Origin: Octopus vulgaris | Lineage: Eukaryota | Length of the DNA stretch: 64,000 nt | Assembly (NCBI GenBank): GCA_951406725.2 | Contig: OX597819.1 | Coordinates: forward strand, 12,648,001-12,712,000 | Direction of reading: 5' to 3' | In this document: positions 51,230 through 63,853 of the stretch, piece after piece | Numbering within the stretch: position 1 is the stretch's first letter | How the letters are laid out: every line of letters begins with the position of its first letter | Translations under genes and position numbers: made by a program | Notes under the pieces: model-generated | What the model was told of the DNA's origin: nothing | Database searches by the model: none | Seen by the model: the letters and a program-made list of their open reading frames with translations, nothing else

Positions 51230-54200
51230 GCAACTTTGCTTCTTATTTATCTTAATTTTATTTTTCACTTTCATTTCATTCAGTCAGAAACAAATTGCAG
51301 CTGAACAAATAATCACATCCATTTTTTTATAGCTTTCAGAAAGACAAAATAGCTTCTTAAACATCAATGAAGTATTGACTTCATTGATATTTCATCAAAA
51401 GCCTAAATGTATAGGTCCCTGGCTCAGTGGTTAGCGTATTTGGCTCATGAGTTAGTTAAGTCGTGAGTTCAATTCCTGACTGTGCATTATGTCCTTTCAC
51501 GTTGCTCCTGTCCACTCAGCTAGCAAAAATGAGTCATACCCGTAATTCAAAGGGGCCAGCCTTGTCACGTTCTATGTCATGCTGAATCTCCCTGAGAATT
51601 ACATTGAGTGTATGCATGTCTGTGGAGTATTCAGCCACTTGCACGTTAATTCCACAAGCAGGTTGCTTCGTTGATTGAATCAACTTCAACACTCGTTGCC
51701 ATAATCAATGGAGCCCCTGAATAATCCACCTCTGTACAATCCACTGTATCATCTGTGTTCGATTGTACATTCTCTTCATATTGTAGTGAATGTTTGAAAA
51801 TGCAAAGGCAGCAAGCTAGCAGAAATGTTAGCACACCGGGCAAAATGCTTAGTGGTATTTTGTTTGTCTTTATGTTCTGAGGTTGACTTTGCCTTTCATC
51901 CTTTCAGGGTTGATAAATTAAGCACCAATTGCATACTGGGGTTGTTCTAATAGACTGGCCCCCTCCCCAAAAATTTCGGGCCTTTTACCTAGAGTAGAAA
52001 AGATTATCTAAAAGGTGGCAAGCTGGCAGAATTGTTAGCACACCAGGCAAAATGCTTAGCAGTATTTTGTCTGTCTTTACATCCCGAGTTCAAATTCTGC
52101 CAAGGTTGACTTTGCCTTTCATCCTTTTGGGGTTGATAAATTAAGTACCAGTTACATACTAGGATCAATTTAATCGACTGGCCCCCTCCCCCAAAATTTT
52201 GAGCCTTGTGCCTCGAATAAAAAAGAAAGTTTGAAAATGTATTTGGTTGCCATGTATAATAAGCCACTGCATGGAATTGAACCAATGAGGCAGTGTTCAT
52301 ACATTTACCTGCTAGAAATAGCCAGCAACCAAATGTCCCTCACATCACATGCAACCATCTTAAAATATGCAAGGAAACATTAGACAATGTTGTACTAGAT
52401 ACGCTATGCCTAATAGAAATAAAAAAAAAAAAAGGACCTGATGGTTGCTGGTAAAGTACTTTTGATTATAATTCTGAATGATCCAGCTTAACATCAACAA
52501 CAACAGAAACATTTAAATAAGCAACTTACATATTTCACTTGTTTCAGTCATTGGACTGTGGCCATGCTACAGCACTGCCTCGAAGGGTTTTACAGGAGCA
52601 AATCAACTCCAGTACTTATGGTTTATTCACAAGCCTGGTACTTATTTCGTTGGTCACTTTTGCAGAAACATTAAGTTACGAGGACATAAACAAACCAACA
52701 CCAGATATCAAGTGGTGGTCACGGAAAGCATCACACACACACACAATTTGTGTGCGTGTGTGTGTTACTGTCTCCTTTTCTTGACATCAGGTGATAATTG
52801 TAAATGAGTGTCACCATCATGCAAGCGGTGTCTCTCATTTCCAATCTTCTGTGAAAATATGTCTGATCGTAGAGATTACCTTCCCTGGAAACGAGAGAGG
52901 GTTGGCGATAGGAAGAGCATCTGAATATAGGAAATCCACCCCAACAAATTCCATCTGATCCATGTGAGCATGGAAACGTAGATGATTAAAGAATGATGAT
53001 ATAGATACATATAGGTCCAACCCATGGAAAATGGACGTTAAACGATGATGATATGTATGAATAGTATTTTGGGTCTCAAAAACTGGTTAATATTAGCATA
53101 AGACCTGTACATAGCAATGACGTTTTCTGGTCTCGAATGAATTTTAGGATATTATATTTCTGGAGACTAAAATATCCGACTTTGTTTTCCCATTATGCTT
53201 TAGACTGTGGCAGGCACAGGTTTCTAATTTAGAGCTGTTCACAGTTAATGTAGACTCATCTGGGCAATTAAAAAAAAAATACCCAACCCCCATCCTATTT
53301 GTGAAGCTGCAATTTAACATCTTTGCATTGTGCACTCCACATACTTTACTTCTCTTCCACATATTTTCAATTTCTAGCTTTTTTTTTAAAATTTTGCTTT
53401 GAGCCTAAACTGTGTCATTTTCCTGACACCAATTAGCTTTTGTGTCCATTTTACTTGTGTTATTTCCCAAATAAGCACAATAGAGAAGTCGGGGCTTGGC
53501 AGTATAGATCAAAGGAAATATCAACTGAGGTGCTGTATTAACTTTCACTTTGCTGTGTCCTTTTATCATCTTCCATAGTTTGTGTGTCAAATTTGTGGTT
53601 TGGCTTCATCTTAATTTTTTTCTTATGTTTACTTTGTGTGTCTGTGTTTATATCACCTTTCTTGTTACTTTCAGCACACATCATGTTTTGCTATTCAATA
53701 TATATAATATTTGTTAATGCTCTTGTATGTGTTTCAACGGTGCCAGGCCAATATAACTAAAAGATTCAGTCAGTTTATCTTAACAATATCATGGAACCTA
53801 GATTGGTAGAATCGTTAAAACATCAGACAAAATGCTTTTAGTTACGACCCTTCACAGCCTGAGTTCAAATCTTGCTGGATTGAATTTTTCTTTTCATCCT
53901 TTTAGGGTGGACAAAATAAAGTACCAGTCATATACCGGAGTTGATGTACTTGCGACAGTTAATATAACTTTAAAATATATGCAACAACGTTTTTACTATT
54001 TGCTGACTTAATTCCAAGTCAACAAATTAGAGTTGTTTTATTTTCAGGTAGAAAGAATGATTGAAGTCATACAATGTATTGCCTAATAAGGTAATAAGTG
54101 AAACTGAGACTTTCTTTGCCATATCTGATGATATATCTGAGACTTAACAATGTCAGGTAAAAGTAGTTTAATAACTACCTTGTGGTTATCAAACTATTTT

Positions 54201-54398
54201 TTTTTCACCTACAACTGAAGAAAAAACCCCAACGCAAACCATTGTTACTTAAATTGAGTCTAATATTTTCTGTTTTGTTACTGTTTGTTGTATGATTTTT
54301 GTTTATTTCAGCTGATTATTTCATGTGGTCTTAACTTTGTCTGATCCTATTTATTGCTGATCTCAGTTCATTTTTTATACAATGATTTGTTTCAACAG

Positions 54399-54582
54399 AG
54401 AATCTGCTCTGATCTCAACAAATACAATTCTAACACTTGGTCATGTTGCTGTGGCGCTAAAAGATACACCGAAGACTGTAGAATCTGTATTGCAAATATT
54501 CCAGCAACGATTCTGTTCCCCCCAATCTCATCTTGATGAGTTGATCATTGATCAGCTAGGATGTATGATAATGGCTGGATGT
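54399..54582 (+). CDS. PI4KA: PI4KA exon l ([26 protein letters not shown]...[13 protein letters not shown]), phase 2-0
   Basis: caacag| and |gtgagt; strong PI4KA motif. Confidence 0.95.
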
Positions 54583-55114
54583 GTGAGTAGAAACTGTTTA
54601 CATCTTTTATTTAGATTTTTAAAAAATTTCTTTTAAATGATATCACTGGGTTATATTGTTGCTATTATTGGTAATATTTAATGTATATGGCTTGTGAAGG
54701 CTCATGGCTCGAGCATCGAGCATCGACCTTATGATTGTGAGATTGTGAGTTCAAATTTCAGACCAGGCTGTGTGTTGTATTCTTGAGCAAGACACTTTAT
54801 TTCACGTTGCTCCAGTTCACTCAGCTGTAGAAATGAGTTGCAATGTCACAGGTGCCAAGCTGTATCAGCCCCTTTGCCTTTCCCTTGAATAACACTGGTG
54901 TGACGGAGAGGGGAGGCCAGTATGCATAGGCAACTGCTGGTTTTCCATAAACAACCTTGCCCGAACTTGTGCCTGGGAAGGTAGCTTTCTAGGTGCAATC
55001 CCATGGTCAGTCATGTCTGAAGGGGGTTTCAGCATGGCTTGTAGAAGCTTTACATACAACTTAAAAAATGCCTGCATACTTACATGTATGATTTATTTTT
55101 CTCTACATCTATAG

Positions 55115-55218
55115 TCCAGCATATCAGGAGAAGTGATGAAGATGTTTTCTCAGATCAGCATTGAAAGCAGTTCAGCCTATGGACGCTATGACAACGAAGA
55201 TAAAGTCAATGCATACAG
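55115..55218 (+). CDS. PI4KA: PI4KA exon m (SSISGEVMKMFSQISIESSSAYGRYDNEDKVNAY), phase 0-2
   Basis: ctatag| and |gtttgt; 104 nt. Confidence 0.88.
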
Positions 55219-55895
55219 GTTTGTACTGTGTCAGTCTGTTAATCATGTCAAGTTACCTTGGAGCAGATTTGATTCCTATATCTCTCTGTACTTGATTATT
55301 TATTTGTATTTGTGGAGTAAATATTCTTGGTGATGTTTCATTAAACCATTACCACAAGTAATTATTAATTAACTTCAAAGGGTGTTTGAGAGGATTTCAT
55401 TGATGTTTTAATCAAGGGGATTTGAGTGGGGTTTGATTTAGGAGGTTGGAGAGACATTTGATTGAAATGATTTAAATGACTGGTTGATTGATGTCATTTG
55501 AATGATGTTCTGTTGCGAGCATTTGAATGATATTTAATTTGAAGTATTGTGATATTTGACTGATGTCATTTAAGTGACATTGGACTGATTTGCTTTGAAT
55601 AAAGTTGATTGTGGTGATCGAGTGATGACTGATGTACTGTGGGCAATGATTGACTGAATATTTTCAACAATTGCTGACAGATATTTTTGATAACAATTTT
55701 GGGTTATGATTGATTAAACTATTTTGATCAATAATTTAAAAAAATAGCATGGATGATGGTTTATTGAGGTACTGTGGGTGCCTTTGAAGAACTGTGGGTG
55801 ATATTGAGGTACTGTGTGTAAAGCAGTGAGGTACTGTATTTGAAACAGAATTTTGGTTAAACCAGTACAGGCAAATTTTGTTTTTTGTTTTTCAG

Positions 55896-56055
55896 ACATG
55901 TTTCCCTGTCAGTAATAAATGCTTTTGCAAACATCTCAGCTAATATACAAACTGAGAATGAACAAATTGAGTTACTGATTCGGTTATTGGAACTGTTTGT
56001 GCAAATGGGGCTGGAAGGCAAACGGGCGAGTGAGCGTGCTCAAGGAGCAATGAAG
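55896..56055 (+). CDS. PI4KA: PI4KA exon n ([19 protein letters not shown]...[24 protein letters not shown]), phase 2-0
   Basis: tttcag| and |gtaagg; highly conserved motif. Confidence 0.95.
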
Positions 56056-56239
56056 GTAAGGGTCACATTGAGATTTGTTTTGTTGCATACCTATATCATT
56101 TAATACTGGCTGTTTAGCTACAGGATGAAAGCTATATATGTATGCGTTGGTTTGTGTGGGTGTGAATTAATTTGATTGTGTGTCTGACCCATCAACGTTG
56201 TAGAAAGGGGAGCAAAAGAGCAGTTTTGAAATTGCATTG

Positions 56240-56470
56240 TGGGAGGGAGAGAGAGAAACAAGAGAGTGAGTGAGAAGCAATAGACGAGCGAGAGGCGAGA
56301 AAGAGACAAGAGAGGAGAAAAAGAGATGAGCAAGAGGAAAGAGAGAGAGATGAGAGAAGAGAAAGAGACGAGAGACATGAGAGAGACGGGAGAGAGATGA
56401 GAGAGAGAGACGACAGAAAAGAGAGATGAGAGAAGAGAAGAGAGAGAGAGATGTGAGTGAGACAGCAAGA
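56240..56470. repeat. Purine-rich (GA)n low-complexity tract
   Basis: Directly visible. Confidence 0.85.
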
Positions 56471-56519
56471 GTGTAAGATGAATATTTATCTTAAAATCAT
56501 TTATTAATTATATTAACAG

Positions 56520-56570
56520 GCATCAAGCAGTGCTGGAAATCTTGGTTTACTCATACCAGTAATTGCTGTG
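56520..56570 (+). CDS. PI4KA: PI4KA exon o (ASSSAGNLGLLIPVIAV), phase 0-0
   Basis: taacag| and |gtaagt; 51 nt; near-identical to recalled vertebrate peptide. Confidence 0.95.
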
Positions 56571-57416
56571 GTAAGTATTAATTATTGCCATCATATTAAA
56601 AATATGACTTGGTATATTTTCATTGATACCAACTGAGTTGAGTTGCTGCCAGCTGTGTTGGTTGGCCAGTTGTCTGTTTTGGTATGATTTCTATGGCAAA
56701 ATGCCAACCTCTTTACAAAGTGTTTGTTTTTTCTTGAGCCATGCCTGGCTCATAAGGGGCGGTTTCCTTGGCGTATAGGTTTCCCACCTGGACGGGATGC
56801 CAGTCCGTCTCAGGTGAGCTGCAAGATGCAGGAGGAAAGAGTGAGAGAAAGTTGTGGTGAAAGAGTCAGCAGAAGTTCGCTATTACCTTCTGCCAGAGCC
56901 GCGTGCAGCTTAGGTGTTTCGCTCATAAACACACACATCGCCCGGTCTGAGATTCAAACCTGCGATCCCTCGACCGCGAGTCCTCTGCTCTAACCACTAG
57001 GCCATGTGCCTCCACCTTTACAGAGTGTACTGGGTGCATTTTACATGGCACCAGTATGGGTTCTTTATACATGGAACTGGCATAGGTGCCTCATATGTGG
57101 TACCCGCATGGATGGATGCCCCTCATGTGGAACTGGCATGTGTTCTTTTTCTCTCTTTGTATGTATAAATACACACACACACACATACACACATTCTTTT
57201 CACTTTCTGTCTACCAAATCCACTCGCAGGGCTTTGGTTGGTCAGGAGTTATAGAAGAAAACATTTGCCTAAATGGGAATGAACCTGAGACCATTTGGTT
57301 GGGAAGCAAGCTTCTTAAGCACACACTCACACCTACACCTCAATGAAAATTTTAAAATGAAATTTCTTTTCTCTCACATCTTCATCTTTTCTTCCTTTTT
57401 TTTTTTCTCCTTTTAG

Positions 57417-57525
57417 CTCGTTCGGCGTTTGCCTCCAATTCGGGATCCCAAACAACGTTTAAACAAACTATTCAGGGATTTCTGGCTTTATTGTGTAATT
57501 ATGGGATTTGCCGTAGAAGATTCAG
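57417..57525 (+). CDS. PI4KA: PI4KA exon p ([36 protein letters not shown]), phase 0-1
   Basis: ttttag| and |gtttgt; 109 nt. Confidence 0.95.
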
Positions 57526-60484
57526 GTTTGTATCATTCACCAGTATTTTACAGATATTGATTTTTATTTTACGAGGCACACGGTTAATTATTGTGATTGA
57601 AGGAATGTAGTCAATTGAATTAATTATAATATTACTGATACATATTAAGGTGGTGAGCTGGGCAGAAGCACTATTGTGCTGGGCAAACTGCTTAATAGAA
57701 TTTCATCTGTCTTAACTTTCTGAGTTTTAATTCCCCCAAATTCAACTTTAGCTTTTATCCTTTCAGAGTTGATAAAATAGGTACTGGTTGAGCCCTGGGA
57801 TCAATGTAATCAACTTACCTTCTTCCCTGAAATTTATGACCCTCTATCAAAATTTGAAGCCAGTTTTTCTGATCCCAGACAGATGAAATGCAAAGTTGAT
57901 CCCAGCAAGAGTTGAAGTCAGAATACAAGACATTTTTGTCTAGTATATATGTCTATTACTGCCAAATCCTTGTTCTTTGTTTTCTAAATATTAATGTTCT
58001 TGTAGTGATATAATCCTAAGCAACATGTTTTTCCCTGCATCCACTTGGCTTATACTCATGGTACACATCCTGTATTTGATGCCATAAAAGTTGCACAAAC
58101 TTATTGGTTGCTCCCCAATTTCAACAATGCATATTCAGGAAAAGATCACTTTACTGCATTACAGCATGTAAACTCAACTTCATGTAAAAAACCTAGAATT
58201 ATTTTTTTTTAATAATTCTTTTTTTGAGGCATGCTTTTGAAAAAAAGAAGTGCATTTTATATACCAGCAAATCATCATCATCATCATTTAACGCCTGTTG
58301 GACAGTTTGATTGAAGTTGGCCTACCAGAGAGCTGCACCAAGCTCCAGTTGCCTGATTTCTATGGCTGGATGCCCTTCCTGATGCCAATCACTTTACAGA
58401 GTGTAGTGGGTGCTTTTTATGTGGCACCAGCACCAGTGGTTTCTACATGGCACTGGCACATAAATGTATTTTATTTATCAGCAACCAGGTGACTTTGTAA
58501 GATGAGTATATCATCTAAAACTGTTGACTTGTAGGCTCGCTATGCCAAAATGATTTATTTAGAAAGAAATTTAGTTCACATATGCTTCATCAAACTGATT
58601 GAACCAAGTGCCCAAGACTATTCCACAAAGCACCATCTGAACATGGTCAATGCCAGCACCACCTTGACTGGCTCTTGTGCCGGTGGCACGTAAAAAGCAC
58701 CCACTACACTCTCGGAGCGGTTAGCATTAAGAAGGGCATCCAGCTGTAGAAACACTGCTAGATCAGACCGGAGTCTGGTGCAGCCTCCTGGCTTCCCAGA
58801 TCCCAGTTGAACCGTCCAACCCTTGCCAGCATGGAAAATGGATGTTAAACGATGATGATGGTGATTAGGATAATGGCAGATGTAAGAAGATAAAATGAGA
58901 GTACAGCAAAAAGATAAATAAAAGAACAAGGAAAAAAAATTAGGTGAATAAATAATAGCAATTAAGGGAATTGACAAATTTGGAAAAGTTACAAATGATT
59001 TTAATGTTGGTCATCATAATTGTGATACTGTAGACAAGGATGATGATGTTCATGCTGACCATCATCATCATCATCATTTAATGTCCGTTGTCCATGCTGG
59101 CATGGGTTGGGTAGTTCGACTGGGCTGGCATGCTGGAAAGCTGCACCAGGCTCCTGTCTGATTTGGCATTGTTTCCTACAGCTGGATGCCCTTCCTAACA
59201 TCAACCACTACAAGAGTGTAACCAGTGCTTTTACATGCCACTGGCACGGGTGCCATTTTGCATGACACAGGTCTCTGCCATGACTGTGATTTTGCTCGGA
59301 TTGATGGGTCTTCTTCTCGAGCATGACATAATGCCAAAGGTCTTGGTCATTGCCTCCGTGAGGCCCGACACTTGAAAGGACCAGGAATAGACAATAAAAG
59401 AAACTGAGAGAAAGAAGTAAAAGGAGATGAATAATCATAAAAATAATAACAATAAGAAGAAGAAGCCTGATCTTTGAACTTTGGGCCTCACGGAGGCAAT
59501 GACTAGTGACCGAGACCTTTGGCGATATGCTGTGCTTGGGAAGACACCCCAAGCCAAGTGAAATCATAGTTGTGGCTAATGCTGGTAACCCGTAACTGGC
59601 ACCCATGCTGGTGGAACGTAATAAGCACCTTTCAAGCATTGGGCCTCATGGAGGCAAAGTGGCTGAGCTCCTTTTGAGTGTTGGGCCTCACGGAGGCAAT
59701 ATCTGAGACCTTTGGCATTATGTTGTGCTTGAGAAGACCCATCAAGCTGAGCAGAATCGCAATTGTGGCAGATGCTGGTGTCATGCAAATGGCACCTGTG
59801 CTGTTGGTACATAAAAGCACTCATTACGCTTGCAGAGTGGTTGGCGTTAGGAAGAGCATCCAGCCGTAGAAACTATGCCAAATCAGATTGGATTCTGGTG
59901 CAGCCTTCCAGCTTGCCAGCCCCAGTCAAACCATCCAACCCATGCCAGCATGGACAACAACGGACGTTAAATGATGATGATAATTAAACAATAACAGAAA
60001 ATGAAGTCGAAACAGCAAAAGAAACTGATGATATTCAAACCTGAATCCACCAAAACATTAAGGATAAGTAGACATGTGATTGTTTGGATTCTTGCTGTTC
60101 TGCTGCACTTTATGAATTATTATCTGCTTGGTAAACATCAACATCAATCAACAAATAATTTGTTTTACTGATTTCTGTAAACAAGAGCTTGTACTCTTCT
60201 AAGATTCATCTGTTTGATGAGGTAGCTTCAACTGAGGAGATAAACATAAGGTTGAAGCATGACAGTGTCTCAAAGACTTTTGACACTAATAAATGCCATC
60301 TGTTATGAACACATTCTGTCTAAAGGGAGGCGGCACTCTCTTGGTGGCAAAAAAACAACAGCAATCAGATATTTGTGTTCAAATCAGATGGAATGTGTTA
60401 ATGAATAGATGCATTGTTGCTTGTGTTCCTACTGTTCTGTGTGCATCCTTCTGAATAATAATAATAATGTTGTTTCTTTTGTAG

Positions 60485-60615
60485 GTATTTGGCCCCATGA
60501 TTGGTTTGAAGGCGTCTGTGAAATTGCTGTAAAATCTCCTTTACTGCTTTCGAGAGAACACCTACGTTCAGAGTTGCGCTACAATACAGCACTTAAAAAT
60601 GATGGAGTTGCACCA
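60485..60615 (+). CDS. PI4KA: PI4KA exon q ([21 protein letters not shown]...[12 protein letters not shown]), phase 1-0
   Basis: ttgtag| and |gtaaga; 131 nt. Confidence 0.95.
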
Positions 60616-62525
60616 GTAAGAAGAATTTTTAACCCTGATTTTATATTCTTGCCCTAGTGAGATGTAGGGTTTTCCATGTAAAATTTGACCCTTGTTGTCC
60701 CACTCTATTTTAATGATGTGTTTACTTGTTGCCATCATCATCGCTTAATGTCTGTTTCCATGCTGGCATGGGTTGGGCGGTTTGACTGAGGTCTAGAGAT
60801 AGCCAGCAGCTGCACCAGGCTCCAATCTGATTTGGCAATGTTTCTACAGCTGGATGCCCTTCCTAACGCCAACCACTCTGAGAGTGTAATAGATGCTTTT
60901 TATGTGCCACTGGCATGAGGGCCAGTTAGTGGGTACTGGCATTGGCCCCATTTGTTTGGATGGTGCTTTTTATGTGCTATCTGCATGGGGGCCAGTCAGG
61001 AGGTATTGGTATCGTCCACATTTGGATGCTGCTCTTTGAGAGCCAAACATTTTTATTAGAGCATATGAATACAGATTTGAATTGTTATTGCTGTTTCCTT
61101 TTCATATTCACCTTGTTTATTTCCTGTCAACTGTAAACTCTTATTTTCTACCTTAAGGAAACTATACAATGTTGCACAAGCACTCAGTTCTGAGTGCACT
61201 GCTTCTTATAGCAGAAACAACTGTAAGCCAATGAAGTTATGTAATTCATGTTACCTTGTCATTCAATAATATATATTATGCTCTGTATTTGACTCGTGCT
61301 TAATCTAAAGCTTATGTATACTGAGTTCTAACAATTGGCTATTAGTATTGCTATTCCTAAGCAAAATCATAAAATATTGTTGAGATCTTGAGATGATAAT
61401 TCGTATCCCATTGCTAGCACTGTACCATGTTCATTGTCCAAAGCGTGTGTAACTGTTGCTGGTTTAGACTGCATCATCGCCAGTTAACATCCACTTTTCC
61501 ATGCTTGCATGGATTGGATGAGATTTGCTTTAGCAGATGTTCTATGGTCTGCTGCCCTTCCTATTGCTGACCCTCACCTGGAAATATTTTACATGGTGTA
61601 TTGGTTTATGATCAACATTGCTTGTTTGATGGTAATGCTTGTTTACAGCCACCATATGATGTCAAGGACATGGACACACACACACACGGACACACACACA
61701 CACTCTCTCTCTCTGGGTGTCTTTCCGTTTGTCTAGTAAGTCCACCCTCAAGTTTTGGTTGACCTGGCACGATAATAGAAGACATTTGCTGCCAGGTGCT
61801 GCATTGTGGGACTGAACCCAAAACCATTGGTTTAGGAAGCACATTTCTTAACCACACAGCTACACCTGCCCCTTATAACTACTAGTTATAAATACTCTGT
61901 TATTGTTGAGTTCCATCTAATGTCCCCCACCACTGCTTTTTTTTTTTAAAGACAATAATTTGAAAGGAACTTATTTGCTATTTCTAGCATATCAAGTAAT
62001 CACGTAGTGGCACCCTCATGGGCTCATTACAAATATCAGCAGCAGCACTGAATACATGTTCATAGTGATTGAGTCCTCATCATCACTGTTTAACGTCTGC
62101 CTTCCATGCTGGGATGGTACCACAAGGGATGACCAAGCAGAAGCCTGCGCCAGACTTCTGTGACTGTTTTGGCAGGATTTTTGCAGCTGAATGGTCTTCT
62201 TAACACCAACCACTCAGCAGAGTAGACTTAGGGCTTTTTACATGGCACAAGCACAGGTGAGGTTAGTTTTGGCAAGGTTTTTACAGCTTGATGCCCTTCT
62301 GAACACCAACCACTTTAGTGTAGACTGGGTGCTTTTAAGTGGCACCTACACTGACAGGGGCACCGAGTACTTTCAAGGCAAAAAAAAAAAGACGAGACCG
62401 ACTGCCGCGCGAGGCGACGGCGGACAACGAACAGCACGCCAGCTTTGTGACTAACTTAACTCTGGGACTAATTATCTATGTCTATTAACGACCTGTTTCT
62501 CTTTCTTCTTTGTTCTTTCTTGCAG

Positions 62526-62659
62526 GCTGAAGTGAATGAACTACGATTAAGTATTTGCAATTTGCTCAATCAAAGCACAGAAGTGACAGCTATTATAAAC
62601 CGACTCAACTTCGCACAGTGCGCTTATCTCCTTTCAGTGTTTCGCTTGGAGACACTCAG
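62526..62659 (+). CDS. PI4KA: PI4KA exon r (AEVNELRLSICNLL...AYLLSVFRLETL), phase 0-2
   Basis: ttgcag| and |gtaata; 134 nt. Confidence 0.95.
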
Positions 62660-62774
62660 GTAATACCATTTAGATTAGGATTTATTCTCTCAGACTTTCT
62701 GTTGTCTTCAGAATATTTTCTGGTTTTCTTGCTTATAATTTGTCTATTTTTCTTTCTTTTTTTTTTAATTCCAG

Positions 62775-62857
62775 GGTAACTTATTCCACTGATCCATTAT
62801 CATTCCAAGGGTTATTCCATTACTTAGAAGACAATACAATCATCAAAGATAAAGCCA
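62775..62857 (+). CDS. PI4KA: PI4KA exon s (RVTYSTDPLSFQGLFHYLEDNTIIKDKA), phase 2-1
   Basis: ttccag| and |gtatgt; 83 nt; resembles '[23 protein letters not shown]'. Confidence 0.93.
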
Positions 62858-63376
62858 GTATGTACTACAACACAGCTTCCTTTTTTTTTAATTTTATTTA
62901 TATTTGCACTGAGTTTTTTCATTCACATACTTTCATTTCTAAACTTATTTTTTACCTTTTGATCTATCAAATTATTGTAGTTTAGCACCCACCTTCCCTA
63001 CCACCAGCACCACATCAGCTCTGATAAAGCAGTCCTATGACCAAGAGCATTTCAGCTCTAGCCATCCTCTGAGGTTTGACTGCTATTTCTAGCAGGTTAA
63101 GTGACCACATAGAGATTCCTTTATTGATTTAATCTAACCAATCAGATGTGTGATCTGCTATTATAGTCTTTTTCAGTTCACTTAACCTTCATCATTAATA
63201 CACCTGCGAAAGATATGAATGTTACGCCTCATTTATCTTCTTGCTAAAATTTCAAGTCATTATGGTAGTGTAACACAGTGGTTCCCAAAGTGGGCAGTGG
63301 AAAGTTCCAAGGGGGTGTTGAAGAAAAGTGGGGGCAATAATGGGGTGGTGATTCATGCAAAAACAAAATAATGGTG

Positions 63377-63540
63377 TTCTGTATTTAAGAGATGAGAATT
63401 ATTTACATTTGACGGATATTTGTCCTCATCTTGTTTGTTGTTAACACAATGTTTTGGCTGATACATCCTCCAGCCTTCATCAGGTGTGTTGGAGAAATTT
63501 TGAACCTTGGTTCTCATTCTTAAAGTAGTTTTCAATATTA

Positions 63541-63582
<42 letters not shown>

Positions 63583-63650
63583 TCACTGCCTGGAATCAAA
63601 CTTGGAATCTTGGGGTTAGTAGCCTGCGCTCTTAACCACTACGCCATATG
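63377..63650 (-). mobile_element. Second copy of tRNA-headed hammerhead-tailed SINE; inverted head fragment at 63709-63747(+)
   Basis: Minus strand: catatggcgtagtggttaagagc...(aat)n...acacac-CTGATGA-a-ggctg...cagcc-aaaacatt-gtgtt. Confidence 0.72.
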
Positions 63651-63821
63651 AAAGATATGAAAATACTAGATTTATAAGCCCCCAAAATTCACTCCATAAT
63701 TGCCCACAGGCATATGGCGTAGTGGTTAAGAGCATGGGCTACTAACCATTTCTGGTACCGTAATGACTGACCAAAGCTTTGTGAGTGGATTTGGTAGACT
63801 GAAAGTGTGTAGAAGCCTGTC

Positions 63822-63853
<32 letters not shown>

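Larger units (their letters stand above)
12757..62857 (+). other. PI4KA: PI4KA gene, partial (19 internal coding exons; first exon and C-terminal kinase-domain exons outside window)
   Basis: Manually spliced exons keep one reading frame across GT-AG introns. The peptide matches recalled metazoan PI4KA motifs, e.g. [68 protein letters not shown]. Confidence 0.95.

Noticed and set aside
55380-55720. TGA/GATT-rich strand-skewed region
   Set aside because: Degenerate low-complexity sequence with no definable unit or structure.
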